Below are positions 18,783 through 27,599 of a stretch of 64,000 nt of DNA, one piece after another; positions within the stretch are counted from its first letter, which is position 1, and each line of letters opens with the position of its first letter. The notes under the pieces were generated by a model that did no database searches, was not told where the DNA came from, and saw only the letters and a list, made by a program, of their open reading frames with translations. The stretch is from positions 1,406 through 65,405 of the forward strand of contig JBFWOF010000035.1 of NCBI GenBank assembly GCA_050250665.1, read 5' to 3'. The stretch is from Lysobacterales bacterium. Lineage in GTDB: Bacteria; Pseudomonadota; Gammaproteobacteria; Xanthomonadales; SZUA-5. A program made the position numbers and the translations under genes.

Positions 18783-18910
18783 GCGCTCCAGATCAGGGGT
18801 GTCGGCGGCAAGGACAGACATCGTACCCAAAGCCGGGGCCGGAATGCAGGTACTACCCACCGTATCGGCCCAGCGGCCGCAGTTGCCCGCCACCGAACTG
18901 GAGGATTGCA

Positions 18911-20272
18911 GTGAGTTCCGAGCAGACCCCACCGGGCCGCCTGCAGCGTGCGCCCGAGTCCTTCCTTGACCAGAGTTTCGTCAAGGAAGTGAACAAGAAT
19001 GGTTTCAACGAGGAGCGCCGCAGCTGGATGCGTCGTGCCTTTGGCGCCGCTGCCGCCACCGTCGCTGGCAGCGCGCTGGTCTCCCGGGCAAAGGCCGAGG
19101 GTTTTGTCGGCGATCCCAATATTCTCGAGTTGCCGCCCTGGTCCACCTCGCTGGGCTTGCCGGTGGCGCATCGCGGTTACGGCATGCCGGCGCAGTACGA
19201 GATGAATCTGATGCGTCGCGAGAGTCCGGGTCTGGCCAGTGTGGCCCAGGCCTCGGTGGCGTTCACGCCGCTGCAGGGCATGTTCGGCATCATCACCGCC
19301 TCCGGTTTGCATTTCGAGCGTCACCATCAGGGCTGGGTGGAGATCGATCCGTCCAGGCACCGCCTGATGGTCATGGGTCTGGTGAAGAACCCCAAGGTCT
19401 ACACCATGGATGACCTGATGCGCCTGCCTTCGGTCTCGCGCATCCATTTCATCGAGTGCGGTGCCAACACGGCCATGGAATGGGGCAATGTGGCAGTGCC
19501 CACCGTGCAGTACACCCACGGCATGCTCGCCGGCAATGAGTACACCGGCGTGCTGCTGTCGACGCTGCTCGACGATTGCGGGATCGATCGCAAGAAAGCC
19601 CGCTATCTGCTGGCCGAAGGTGCCGATGGCTCGGGCATGACCCGCACCATCGATATCGACCGGGCGCTGGACGATGCCATGGTGGCCTATGGCTCCAATG
19701 GCGAAATGATCCGCCCGGAGAATGGCTATCCGCTGCGTCTGGTGGTGCCCGGCGTGCAGGGCGTGTCCTGGGTCAAATGGCTGCGTCGCATCGAAGTGGG
19801 TGACCAGCCCTATGGCGCCAAGGACGAGAACTCGGGCTATTCCGATCTGATGCCGGACGGCATGCAGCGGCAATACACCTCGATCCAGGAAGCGAAATCG
19901 GTGATCACCTCGCCTTCGGGTGGCCAGACGCTGCTCGACAAGGGTTATTACAACGTCACCGGTTTGGCCTGGACCGGTCGCGGATCGGTCAAGCGTGTCG
20001 ATGTGTCTTTCGACGGCGGCAACAACTGGCAAACCGCCAGGCTGGAAACCCCGATCCTGCCCAAGGCCTTGACCCGCTTCAACATCGGCTGGGTCTGGGA
20101 TGGCAGTCCGGCGATTCTGCAAAGCCGGGTGATCGACTCGACTGGATTCGTGCAGCCGACCTATGCCCAGCTGCGGGCGGTACGCGGTACCCGCTCGGTC
20201 TATCACAACAACGCGATCCAGTCCTGGAAGGTCGCCGAGAGCGGAGAGGTGAGCAATGTCCAGGTGGGGTGA
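18911..20272 (+). CDS. soxC: Sulfane/sulfite dehydrogenase molybdopterin subunit SoxC
   Basis: GTG start with GGAGGA upstream. Tat motif RRSWMRRAF. Blocks FERHHQGW, HRLMVMGLV, FIECGAN and GYPLRLVVPG typical of SoxC/SorA. Confidence 0.9.
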   Translation: MSSEQTPPGRLQRAPESFLDQSFVKEVNKNGFNEERRSWMRRAFGAAAATVAGSALVSRAKAEGFVGDPNILELPPWSTSLGLPVAHRGYGMPAQYEMNLMRRESPGLASVAQASVAFTPLQGMFGIITASGLHFERHHQGWVEIDPSRHRLMVMGLVKNPKVYTMDDLMRLPSVSRIHFIECGANTAMEWGNVAVPTVQYTHGMLAGNEYTGVLLSTLLDDCGIDRKKARYLLAEGADGSGMTRTIDIDRALDDAMVAYGSNGEMIRPENGYPLRLVVPGVQGVSWVKWLRRIEVGDQPYGAKDENSGYSDLMPDGMQRQYTSIQEAKSVITSPSGGQTLLDKGYYNVTGLAWTGRGSVKRVDVSFDGGNNWQTARLETPILPKALTRFNIGWVWDGSPAILQSRVIDSTGFVQPTYAQLRAVRGTRSVYHNNAIQSWKVAESGEVSNVQVG

Positions 20273-21314
20273 GGGGGCAGGGAGTAAGGGGCAAGGGGCA
20301 CGAGTGCTCTCCGGCATTCTTGCAGGCTTCGGCCTGTTCGCTCTGACTGCCTCGGTCAGTGCTTATGACGGCATCGGTCGCACTGCTACCGATGCCGAGA
20401 TCCGGGCCTGGGATATCGATGTGCGCCCCGATTTCGTCGGGCTGCCGCCGGGCTCGGGCAGCGTGGCGGACGGCGAGATGCTGTGGATCGAGAAATGCAG
20501 CTCCTGCCACGGCGATTTCGGCGACGCCAATCATGTGTTCCCGCCGCTGATCGGCAATACCACGGCGGAAGACATCGAGACCGGTCGGGTTGCTGCGCTG
20601 CGCGAGGGCGGGCGCACGCGCACCACGATCATGAAGGTGTCGACCGTGTCGACCCTGTGGGATTTCATCAACCGGGCGATGCCCTGGGACAAGCCAAAAT
20701 CGCTCAAGCCCGATGAGGTCTATGCGGTGCTGGCCTATCTGCTGAATCTGGCCGACATCGTGCCGGCCGACTATGTGCTCAGCAACGAGAACATCGACTG
20801 GGTGCAGTCGCGCATGCCCAATCGCAACGGCATGACCCTGGACCACGGCTTGTGGAAGATCGACGGCAAGCCCGACACCCACAACAAGGCCTGCATGAAG
20901 AATTGCCTGCCCACACCGGTGATCAGTTCCGAGCTGCCCGAGTTTGCCCGCAGCGCCCATGGCGAGTTGCTCAAGCAGACCCGTGAATACGGTGCCATCC
21001 GCGGTACCCGGACTCTGCCGGAACCTGAGCCGGAAGCCGCCACCGAGCCCGCCTCCAGGGTGCCCCGCGACCTGCTGACCGCCAATGGCTGTCTGGCTTG
21101 TCATGGCCTCGACGGCAAGGTTATCGGTCCTGGCTTCAACCAGGTGGCGGAGAAATACCAGGCGCGTGCCGACGCCATCGAATACCTGAAAGGGCGCATC
21201 CGCAATGGCGGCAGTGGCACCTGGGGCGACGTGCAGATGCCGCCCATGCCGCAATTGTCGGATGCCGACCTCGACACCATCACCCACTGGCTCAGCGCCG
21301 GCGCCGAACACTGA
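20256..21314 (+). CDS. soxD: Diheme cytochrome c SoxD
   Basis: Two CxxCH motifs (CSSCHG, CLACHG), immediately after soxC. The start is uncertain: ATG 20256 overlaps soxC, and an alternative GTG lies at 20304 just after a G-rich tract. Confidence 0.85.
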   Translation: MSRWGEGAGSKGQGARVLSGILAGFGLFALTASVSAYDGIGRTATDAEIRAWDIDVRPDFVGLPPGSGSVADGEMLWIEKCSSCHGDFGDANHVFPPLIGNTTAEDIETGRVAALREGGRTRTTIMKVSTVSTLWDFINRAMPWDKPKSLKPDEVYAVLAYLLNLADIVPADYVLSNENIDWVQSRMPNRNGMTLDHGLWKIDGKPDTHNKACMKNCLPTPVISSELPEFARSAHGELLKQTREYGAIRGTRTLPEPEPEAATEPASRVPRDLLTANGCLACHGLDGKVIGPGFNQVAEKYQARADAIEYLKGRIRNGGSGTWGDVQMPPMPQLSDADLDTITHWLSAGAEH

Positions 21315-21372
21315 TGCGCCTGGCCAAGGAAGCTTCCATGAATCCATCACCTGACCCCATCCGGAGACTCCC

Positions 21373-21834
21373 ATGAACATGCACCGCCGTTCCTTCCTGG
21401 CGATGAGTGCCTCGGTCCTCGCCGTGGCCACCACCGCCGCGCTCTGGCCGCTGAGGGCCCTGGCCGAATGGGTGCGACCGCAGGCCGCCTTCGAAGCCAA
21501 GGCACTCGACGCGGTGTACGCCAGTCTCGGCGGCACGCCCGAAGACAGCGATCAGATCACCTTCATGAGCCCGGAGATCGCCGAGAACGGCGCCGTGGTG
21601 CCGGTCAGTGTCACCAGCAAGATTGCCGGCACTGATCAGATCGCCATTCTGGTGGAGATGAATCCGAACCCGCTGGCGGCACTGTTCATGATCCCCGAGG
21701 GCACCGAGCCCGGCGTGTCCACGCGCGTCAAGGTCGCCCAGACCTGCCGCTTGCAGGCGCTAGTCCATGCCGACGGCAAGTGGTACCGCACCTCGCGCGA
21801 GACCAAGGTGACCTTGGGTGGGTGTGGCGGGTGA
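21373..21834 (+). CDS. soxY: Sulfur carrier protein SoxY
   Basis: Tat-type leader MNMHRRSFLAM and the diagnostic C-terminus VTLGGCGG. Confidence 0.95.
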   Translation: MNMHRRSFLAMSASVLAVATTAALWPLRALAEWVRPQAAFEAKALDAVYASLGGTPEDSDQITFMSPEIAENGAVVPVSVTSKIAGTDQIAILVEMNPNPLAALFMIPEGTEPGVSTRVKVAQTCRLQALVHADGKWYRTSRETKVTLGGCGG

Positions 21835-21848
21835 AGCGAGAGCATTTA

Positions 21849-22620
21849 TCCGCAGATGAGAGCAGTGATCCGCAGATGTCACAGATGTACGCAGATGAGA
21901 GCGGGTGAAGAGTTGCGCTGTCGAGTTTGAAATGGCGATGGGGCGTGTGGGGGCAAAGAGCAACCGGTTCGCAGATGGAGGCGGGAAGTGAGCAGCAGAT
22001 CCACCAGGAATATTCAACCAGTCGCTGGGTCACCTACGCGTCAAACGAGCTATGCCTTGCTCTCATCTGCGGACATCTGTGACATCTGCGGAAAATGGCC
22101 TTTTTTACTCGTTGCTGGGTCACTCACGCGTCAAACGAACTATGTCCTTCTCTCATCTGCGGACATCTGTGACATCTGCGGAAACAGGCTTCTAGGGAAC
22201 TGGCAATGAGCGACAGCGAGACCAGGCGGGACGAGCAGACTTACGCTGTGATTGGCGCGGCGATGGCTGTCCATGGCGAGTTGGGGTCCGGATTCCTGGA
22301 GTCGGTCTACCAGGAGGCCTTGGAGTGTGAGTTTGTCGAAAGGGGCATTCCTTACGTTCGCGAGCAAGGTCTGCCGATCTACTACCGCGGCAAGCTGCTG
22401 ATGGCAACGCATCGCGCGGATTTCGTTTGCTACGGCGAAGTCATTGTGGAGTTGAAGGCACTGCAACGCTTGAGCGGAATCGAGTCGGCGCAGGTGATTC
22501 ATTACCTCAAGGCCACCAAGCTCAATCGGGCTTTGCTGCTCAACTTCGGCACGCCAAGGTTGGAGCACAAGCGATTCGTGCTTGATCTGCGCTCATCTGT
22601 GACATCTGCGGAAACAGGCT
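21849..22620 (+). mobile_element. Repeat-bounded cassette carrying a GxxExxY ORF (putative non-autonomous or unclassified mobile insertion; no transposase)
   Basis: The 33-nt motif CTCTCATCTGCGGACATCTGTGACATCTGCGGA occurs forward at 22060-22092 and 22150-22182, where it forms the ends of two 90-bp tandem units. A 38-nt version lies at 22583-22620. An inverted copy with 1 mismatch lies at 21869-21901, and a further half-copy at 21849-21862. GC is lower than in the flanks. Confidence 0.55.
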
Positions 22621-22652
22621 CTTTGGATTTACCAGTTGATCAACAGGAGTAG
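22206..22652 (+). CDS. GxxExxY-family protein (PD-(D/E)XK nuclease-like fold)
   Basis: G-F-L-E-S-V-Y signature at [14 protein letters not shown]-x9-E-L-K motif in [17 protein letters not shown]. The last ~20 codons read through the right-hand repeat, and the stop TAG overlaps the soxZ SD. Confidence 0.75.
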   Translation: MSDSETRRDEQTYAVIGAAMAVHGELGSGFLESVYQEALECEFVERGIPYVREQGLPIYYRGKLLMATHRADFVCYGEVIVELKALQRLSGIESAQVIHYLKATKLNRALLLNFGTPRLEHKRFVLDLRSSVTSAETGSLDLPVDQQE

Positions 22653-22656
22653 AGAC

Positions 22657-22968
22657 ATGGGTAACCCGATGCGCATACGCGCTACCACCACTGACGGTGT
22701 GACCGAGGTCAAGGCCTTGATGTCGCATCCGATGGAAACCGGTTTGCGCAAGGACAGCAGTGGTGTGGCGGTGCCGGCTCATCACATCAAGCAGGTGATT
22801 GCCAAGCACAACGACAAGGTGGTGCTGGCGGCCGAGTGGGGCGCTGCGGTGTCGCAGAACCCCTTCCTGCAGTTCCGCTTCAACGGTGGTGCGGCGGGCG
22901 ACAAGGTCAGCATCGAATGGACCGACAACACCGGAGACAGTCGCAAGGACGAGGTGGTACTCACCTGA
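22657..22968 (+). CDS. soxZ: Sulfur compound chelating protein SoxZ
   Basis: 103 aa (MGNPMRIRATTTDGVTEVKALMSHPMETG...), the typical SoxZ N-terminus and length. AGGAG SD. Confidence 0.9.
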   Translation: MGNPMRIRATTTDGVTEVKALMSHPMETGLRKDSSGVAVPAHHIKQVIAKHNDKVVLAAEWGAAVSQNPFLQFRFNGGAAGDKVSIEWTDNTGDSRKDEVVLT

Positions 22969-23009
22969 GCCTGCGTCCCTCCATCGTCCCCCGTCTGCGG
23001 AGTGTGCTG

Positions 23010-23819
23010 ATGAACATCCAACTCAAACTGAGCCTGATTCTGTGTCTGTTGCTCGGCGGCGCAAGCACGGCCTCGGCTGAAGGCGACGACGACATGTTCG
23101 CCGAGTACCGCGCCATGTTCGGCGACGACAACCCGGCTGAACTGGTGGAGATGCAGGGCGAGGAGCTCTGGAATGCCGAGCGCGGGCCGAAGAAGACCAC
23201 CCTGGCAGGCTGTGATTTCGGTCTGGGTGCAGGTGTGATCGCTGGCGCCTATGCGCAACTGCCGCGCTATTTTGCTGATACCGGCCAGGTCATGGATCTG
23301 GAGAGCCGGCTGCTGCATTGCATGGAGTCGATCCAGGGCCTGGACGTGAGTGCCTTGCGCAAGCATCCGTACTCCGAACAGGGACAGCCACAGACCGATC
23401 TGGAAAGCCTGTCGGCCTATATCGCGGCGCAGTCGCGGGGCATGCCGGTGGCGGTACCGCAGAGCCACGAGCTCGAGCGTCAGGCTTTCGCGGACGGCGC
23501 CAGGATGTTCAATTTCCGGGCGGGCCCGCATGATTTTTCCTGCGCCACCTGCCATGGCCAGAGTGGCAAGCGCATCCGCTTGCAGGCCCTGCCGCAGCTG
23601 AACACGCCAGAAGGCGCGCGCAGCTCCTTCGGCAGCTGGCCGGCCTATCGGATTTCCCAGGGCGCAGTGCGCACCATCGAGTGGCGCATGGCCGATTGCA
23701 TGCGCCAGCAGCGTCTGCCTGGACTGGTGCTGGGCTCCAAGGTGGCCATCGATCTGATCACCTATCTCGGCGTGCAGGCCAATGGTGCCGAAATGTCCGC
23801 CCCCGGCCTGAAGCGATAG
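23010..23819 (+). CDS. soxA: Cytochrome c SoxA (monoheme type)
   Basis: Signal peptide MNIQLKLSLILCLLLGGASTASA, a single CATCHG, and a conserved MADCMRQQRL block that would carry the Cys heme ligand. Confidence 0.9.
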   Translation: MNIQLKLSLILCLLLGGASTASAEGDDDMFAEYRAMFGDDNPAELVEMQGEELWNAERGPKKTTLAGCDFGLGAGVIAGAYAQLPRYFADTGQVMDLESRLLHCMESIQGLDVSALRKHPYSEQGQPQTDLESLSAYIAAQSRGMPVAVPQSHELERQAFADGARMFNFRAGPHDFSCATCHGQSGKRIRLQALPQLNTPEGARSSFGSWPAYRISQGAVRTIEWRMADCMRQQRLPGLVLGSKVAIDLITYLGVQANGAEMSAPGLKR

Positions 23820-23831
23820 GAGCCCCAGACC

Positions 23832-24482
23832 ATGACCCACTATCGCCATCGAATCAGCTGTTTCACCCTGATGCTGGTCGCCGCACTGGTTGGCCACGCT
23901 GCCGCTGCCAAGGACGCGCCCAAGCCAGCGGCGAAAGCGGCGCAGTCCGCGCTGGCTGACTCCTTCGAAGCCAAGGGACAGGCGGGCCTGGATCGCCTGA
24001 AGCAGGACGAAATGCAGCGAATCTGCAGCGAGTACGAGGGCAAGCAGGTGCCCGACGATCTGGCCAGACAGATCATCGACGAAGCCAGCGCCGGCGTGCG
24101 CTTCCCGGCCGATGGCCAGTATTTCGGCGACTGGCGTGGCGGCGAGAAGATCGCCAAGACCGGTACCGGCTTGCAGAGCAGCGACGATCCGGCCATCGCC
24201 AATGGCGGCAACTGCTATGCCTGCCACCAGATGGCTGCCGAGGAGATGGCCTACGGCACACTGGCGCCGACCTTGGCCGAATACGGAAAACTGCGCGGCA
24301 ACAGTGAGCCGATCGTGCAATACGCGTGGACGCGCTTGTGGAACTCGCATGCCTACAACCCGTGCTCACACATGCCGCGTTTTGGCGCATCGGGCATCCT
24401 CACCGAGGCCCAGCTCAAGGATGTGATGGCCTATCTGTTTGATCCGGAATCGCCGGTCAACCAGCCCGGTGCCGCGCCATGA
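23832..24482 (+). CDS. soxX: Cytochrome c SoxX
   Basis: Signal peptide and a single CYACHQM heme motif. It sits between soxA and soxB. Confidence 0.85.
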   Translation: MTHYRHRISCFTLMLVAALVGHAAAAKDAPKPAAKAAQSALADSFEAKGQAGLDRLKQDEMQRICSEYEGKQVPDDLARQIIDEASAGVRFPADGQYFGDWRGGEKIAKTGTGLQSSDDPAIANGGNCYACHQMAAEEMAYGTLAPTLAEYGKLRGNSEPIVQYAWTRLWNSHAYNPCSHMPRFGASGILTEAQLKDVMAYLFDPESPVNQPGAAP

Positions 24483-26194
24483 TGCAGCGACGCGAATTCC
24501 TGCAGGTGCTGGCAGCGGCGGCAGTCGCGGGCAGCATGCCCGGCTGCGCAGGGGTGCGTCCGGACCGGGGTTTCGCCGGACTGTACGAGATCCCCCGCAG
24601 CGGCAATGTGCACCTGCTGCACTTCACCGACAGCCACGCCCAGCTGCTGCCCATCCATTTCCGCGAGCCCTCGGTCAACCTGGGTCTGGGAGAGGCACTG
24701 AACCGGCCGCCGCATCTGGTGGGCAAAGCCTTTCTGAAACAGTTCGGCCTGCAGCCCGACACCCCGGCGGCGCACGCTTTCACCTCGCTGGACTTCGTCG
24801 AGGCTGCTCGCCGGTACGGGCGGGTGGGCGGTTTTGCGCATCTGGCCACGCTGGTCCGACAGCTGCGGGCGTCACGACCGGGCGCACTGCTGCTCGACGG
24901 TGGCGATACCTGGCAGGGTTCGGCCACGGCGCTGTGGACACGCGGCCAGGACATGGTGGATGCCTGCAGGCTGCTCGGCGTCGACGTCATGACCGGCCAC
25001 TGGGAATTCACCCTCGGCGCCGAGCGCGTGCAGCAGATCATCGATCAGGACTTCGCCGGCAAGGTCGATTTCGTCGCCCACAATGTGGAAACGCGCGACT
25101 TCGGCGATGCGGTGTTCAAGCCCTATGTGATCCGCGAGAGCGGTGGCGTACCGGTGGCGATCATCGGTCAGGCCTTTCCGTACACGCCGATCGCCAATCC
25201 GGCGCATCTCATTCCCGACTGGAGCTTCGGCATCCAGGAAGAACATCTGCAATCGATGATCGATCAGGCCCGCGCGGAGGGCGCGCAGGTGGTGGTGCTG
25301 CTGTCGCACAACGGCATGGATGTCGATCTGAAACTGGCTTCGCGCGTGCGTGGTCTCGATGCCATCCTCGGCGGTCACACCCACGATGGAGTGCCGACGC
25401 CGATCGTGGTCAGCAATGGCGGCGGGCAAACCCTGGTGACCAACGCCGGCAGCAACGGCAAATTCCTCGGCGTGCTCGATTTCGATGTGCGCGATGGCAA
25501 GGTGATGGGTCACCAGTACCGATTGCTGCCGGTGTTTGCCGATGCGCTCCCTGCAGACACGGAGATGTCGGCCTTGATCGCCCGCGTCCGCGAGCCCTAT
25601 CTGGATCGCCTCAACGAGCCTCTGGCCGTGACCGACGACCTGCTTTACCGCCGCGGCAACTTCAATGGCAGTTTCGATCAGTTGATCCTGGACGCGCTGC
25701 TGGAGGTCAAGGATGCCCAGATCGCCTTTTCACCCGGTTTCCGCTGGGGCACCAGCCTGCTGCCCGGGGACACCATCCGCATGGAACAGCTGATGGACCA
25801 GACCGCGATCACCTATCCGCAGAGCACGCTGACGGAGATGAAGGGATCGATGATCAAGACCATCCTCGAGGATGTGGCCGACAATCTGTTCAACGCCGAT
25901 CCCTACTACCAGCAGGGCGGCGACATGGTCCGCGTGGGCGGCATGGATTACGCCATTGAACCGGGTGCGCCCGTCGGGCAGCGCATACGCGACATGACGC
26001 TGGTCGGGAAGCCGATCGAGGCCGACCACACCTACAAGGTGGCGGGATGGGCGCCGGTGGCGGCCAATGCCGAAGGCGAACCGATCTGGGATGTGGTGGC
26101 AACCTGGTTGCGCAGCCAGAAACGGGTTTCGCCGCGGCAACCACAACAGCCGCGACTGATCGGCATCAGCAACAATCAGGGTCTGAGCGCGTGA
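24479..26194 (+). CDS. soxB: Thiosulfohydrolase SoxB
   Basis: Tat leader MMQRREFLQVL. Dinuclear-metal 5'-nucleotidase-type blocks HFTDSHAQL, GGDTWQGS, LLSHNGMDVD and GGHTHD. 571 aa. Confidence 0.95.
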   Translation: MMQRREFLQVLAAAAVAGSMPGCAGVRPDRGFAGLYEIPRSGNVHLLHFTDSHAQLLPIHFREPSVNLGLGEALNRPPHLVGKAFLKQFGLQPDTPAAHAFTSLDFVEAARRYGRVGGFAHLATLVRQLRASRPGALLLDGGDTWQGSATALWTRGQDMVDACRLLGVDVMTGHWEFTLGAERVQQIIDQDFAGKVDFVAHNVETRDFGDAVFKPYVIRESGGVPVAIIGQAFPYTPIANPAHLIPDWSFGIQEEHLQSMIDQARAEGAQVVVLLSHNGMDVDLKLASRVRGLDAILGGHTHDGVPTPIVVSNGGGQTLVTNAGSNGKFLGVLDFDVRDGKVMGHQYRLLPVFADALPADTEMSALIARVREPYLDRLNEPLAVTDDLLYRRGNFNGSFDQLILDALLEVKDAQIAFSPGFRWGTSLLPGDTIRMEQLMDQTAITYPQSTLTEMKGSMIKTILEDVADNLFNADPYYQQGGDMVRVGGMDYAIEPGAPVGQRIRDMTLVGKPIEADHTYKVAGWAPVAANAEGEPIWDVVATWLRSQKRVSPRQPQQPRLIGISNNQGLSA

Positions 26195-26205
26195 ACGCGA
26201 CGCGC

Positions 26206-26547
26206 TCAGGCGTATTTGCTAAGGATGCCAAGCACCTCGGTCATGCGTTCCTGGCGATCGACGCCATCGGCGCTGTCGCCGATTTCGCTTTCCAGCGTGC
26301 ACGCCATCATTTCAAAGAAGGCGCGATCCAGCGCCTTGCGCACCGCCGCCAGCTGCTGCGCGATGTCCTGGCAAGGCTCGTCCTGCTCGATCATCCGCAA
26401 CACACCCCGAATCTGCCCCTCGGCGCGACGCAGCCGCAGCACGACGCCGCGCTTGTGTTCATTGCGGCGTTCGTCGGCATTGTCGACCACGGCGCAGCGC
26501 GCAGGAGCGCGTCGTTTCAGTCTGGAAGTCTTGGGGGCGCTGGGCAT
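26206..26547 (-). CDS. CsoR/RcnR/FrmR-family (DUF156) transcriptional repressor, possibly thiol/persulfide sensing
   Basis: 113 aa from MPSAPKTS. Core LRLRRAEGQIRGVLRMIEQDEPCQDIAQQLAAVRKALDRAFFEMMACTLE. It has Cys residues but no His at the usual copper-ligand positions. Confidence 0.75.
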   Translation of the reverse strand: MPSAPKTSRLKRRAPARCAVVDNADERRNEHKRGVVLRLRRAEGQIRGVLRMIEQDEPCQDIAQQLAAVRKALDRAFFEMMACTLESEIGDSADGVDRQERMTEVLGILSKYA

Positions 26548-26629
26548 GGGGGCGGTCCGGATGCGGATGGCCCGATTTTGCCACAGCGGGTCTCGCGAAT
26601 CCCGGCCACGTTGACCCTGGAGCCGCGCC

Positions 26630-27061
26630 ATGAATGCTGATGCACTCCACCTGGCGCTGGCGGGCGGCCTGATGGTTGGCGCTGCCGCAGCCCTGCTGTA
26701 CTGGCTGAACGGGCGCATCGCCGGTGTCAGCGGCATCTTCGGCGATCTGTTCCTGGAGCGCGACGATGGCCACTGGCCCTGGCGTGCTGCCTTCCTGGCG
26801 GGACTGCTGATCGGCTTTGTGCTGATTCGTTCCCTGCATCCCGAACTGGCCCGGATTCACCTGCAAAGCGGGCCATGGGCCTTGATCGTCGCCGGACTGC
26901 TGGTCGGCTACGGCACGCGCATGAGCAGCGGCTGCACCTCCGGTCACGGCGTTTGTGGAATTGCCCGCATTTCCAGGCGATCGCTGCTGGCCACGGGTTC
27001 TTTCATGTTCGCGGCGATGCTGACAGTGGCCCTGATCCGCCACTCGGGACTCGGTCGATGA
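26630..27061 (+). CDS. Short YeeE/YedE-like membrane protein (set 2, half A)
   Basis: 143 aa with the SSGCTSGHGVCG loop. GGAG 7 nt upstream. Divergent from the CsoR-like gene (82-bp spacer). Confidence 0.75.
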   Translation: MNADALHLALAGGLMVGAAAALLYWLNGRIAGVSGIFGDLFLERDDGHWPWRAAFLAGLLIGFVLIRSLHPELARIHLQSGPWALIVAGLLVGYGTRMSSGCTSGHGVCGIARISRRSLLATGSFMFAAMLTVALIRHSGLGR

Positions 27062-27501
27062 GGCCGGTTTCGGCACTCGCTTGCGGCACCTTGTTCGGTG
27101 CTGGCCTGGCGCTGTCGGGCATGACCGACCCGACGCGGGTGCTGGGCTTTCTGGATGTGCTGGGAGACTGGGATCCGACGCTGCTGGTGGTCATGGCCGG
27201 CGCAGTGCTGGTCAGTTTGCCAGCCTTTCAATGGGCACGGCGACATCCGCGCCCCTTGCTGGATGTCCAGTTCTTCCATCCAGAGCGCACGCGGATCGAT
27301 TCCGATCTGGTGATCGGCTCGTCGGTCTTCGGCATCGGCTGGGGCATTGCCGGGCTTTGCCCCGGCCCCGCGCTCGCCGGCCTGGCGTCGGGGCGCTGGG
27401 AAGTCGCCGTGTTCGTCGCCGCAATGGCGGCGGGTATGGCCCTGCGGAGCTGGCAAGTTCGTCGGCGCGTCGCCGCCGGCGTCTTTCGTTGTCCAGGTTG
27501 A
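27058..27501 (+). CDS. Short YeeE/YedE-like membrane protein (set 2, half B)
   Basis: ATGA overlap with half A. 147 aa with the GIAGLCPGPA loop. Confidence 0.7.
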   Translation: MRPVSALACGTLFGAGLALSGMTDPTRVLGFLDVLGDWDPTLLVVMAGAVLVSLPAFQWARRHPRPLLDVQFFHPERTRIDSDLVIGSSVFGIGWGIAGLCPGPALAGLASGRWEVAVFVAAMAAGMALRSWQVRRRVAAGVFRCPG

Positions 27502-27599
27502 CCTAACACAAGCAGATTCTTGCGGCGCCGGAATAGGCTCTGCAAGAGTCACCACCAGTCGGAGCGCAACGCGTCGCCGGCGCCATGAGGGGGATTTTT

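Noticed and set aside
22645-22660. Identical 16-mer GGAGTAGAGACATGGG at the soxZ start (22645-22660) and the gdhA start (41102-41117).
   Set aside because: - About one identical 16-mer pair is expected by chance in 64 kb on both strands.
- It is just an SD, spacer and ATG, so there is no reason to infer a shared regulatory element.
26548-26736. Upstream extension of the CsoR-like ORF to 176 aa.
   Set aside because: - The DUF156 core needs only about 90-110 aa.
- The extension is Ala/Arg/Pro-rich and would run into the divergent YeeE-like gene's promoter and start.
26047-27076. ORFs 26047-26640(+) and 26459-27076(-) spanning the soxB end, the CsoR-like gene and the YeeE-like gene.
   Set aside because: They overlap better-supported genes in other frames or on the other strand, and they lack motifs.
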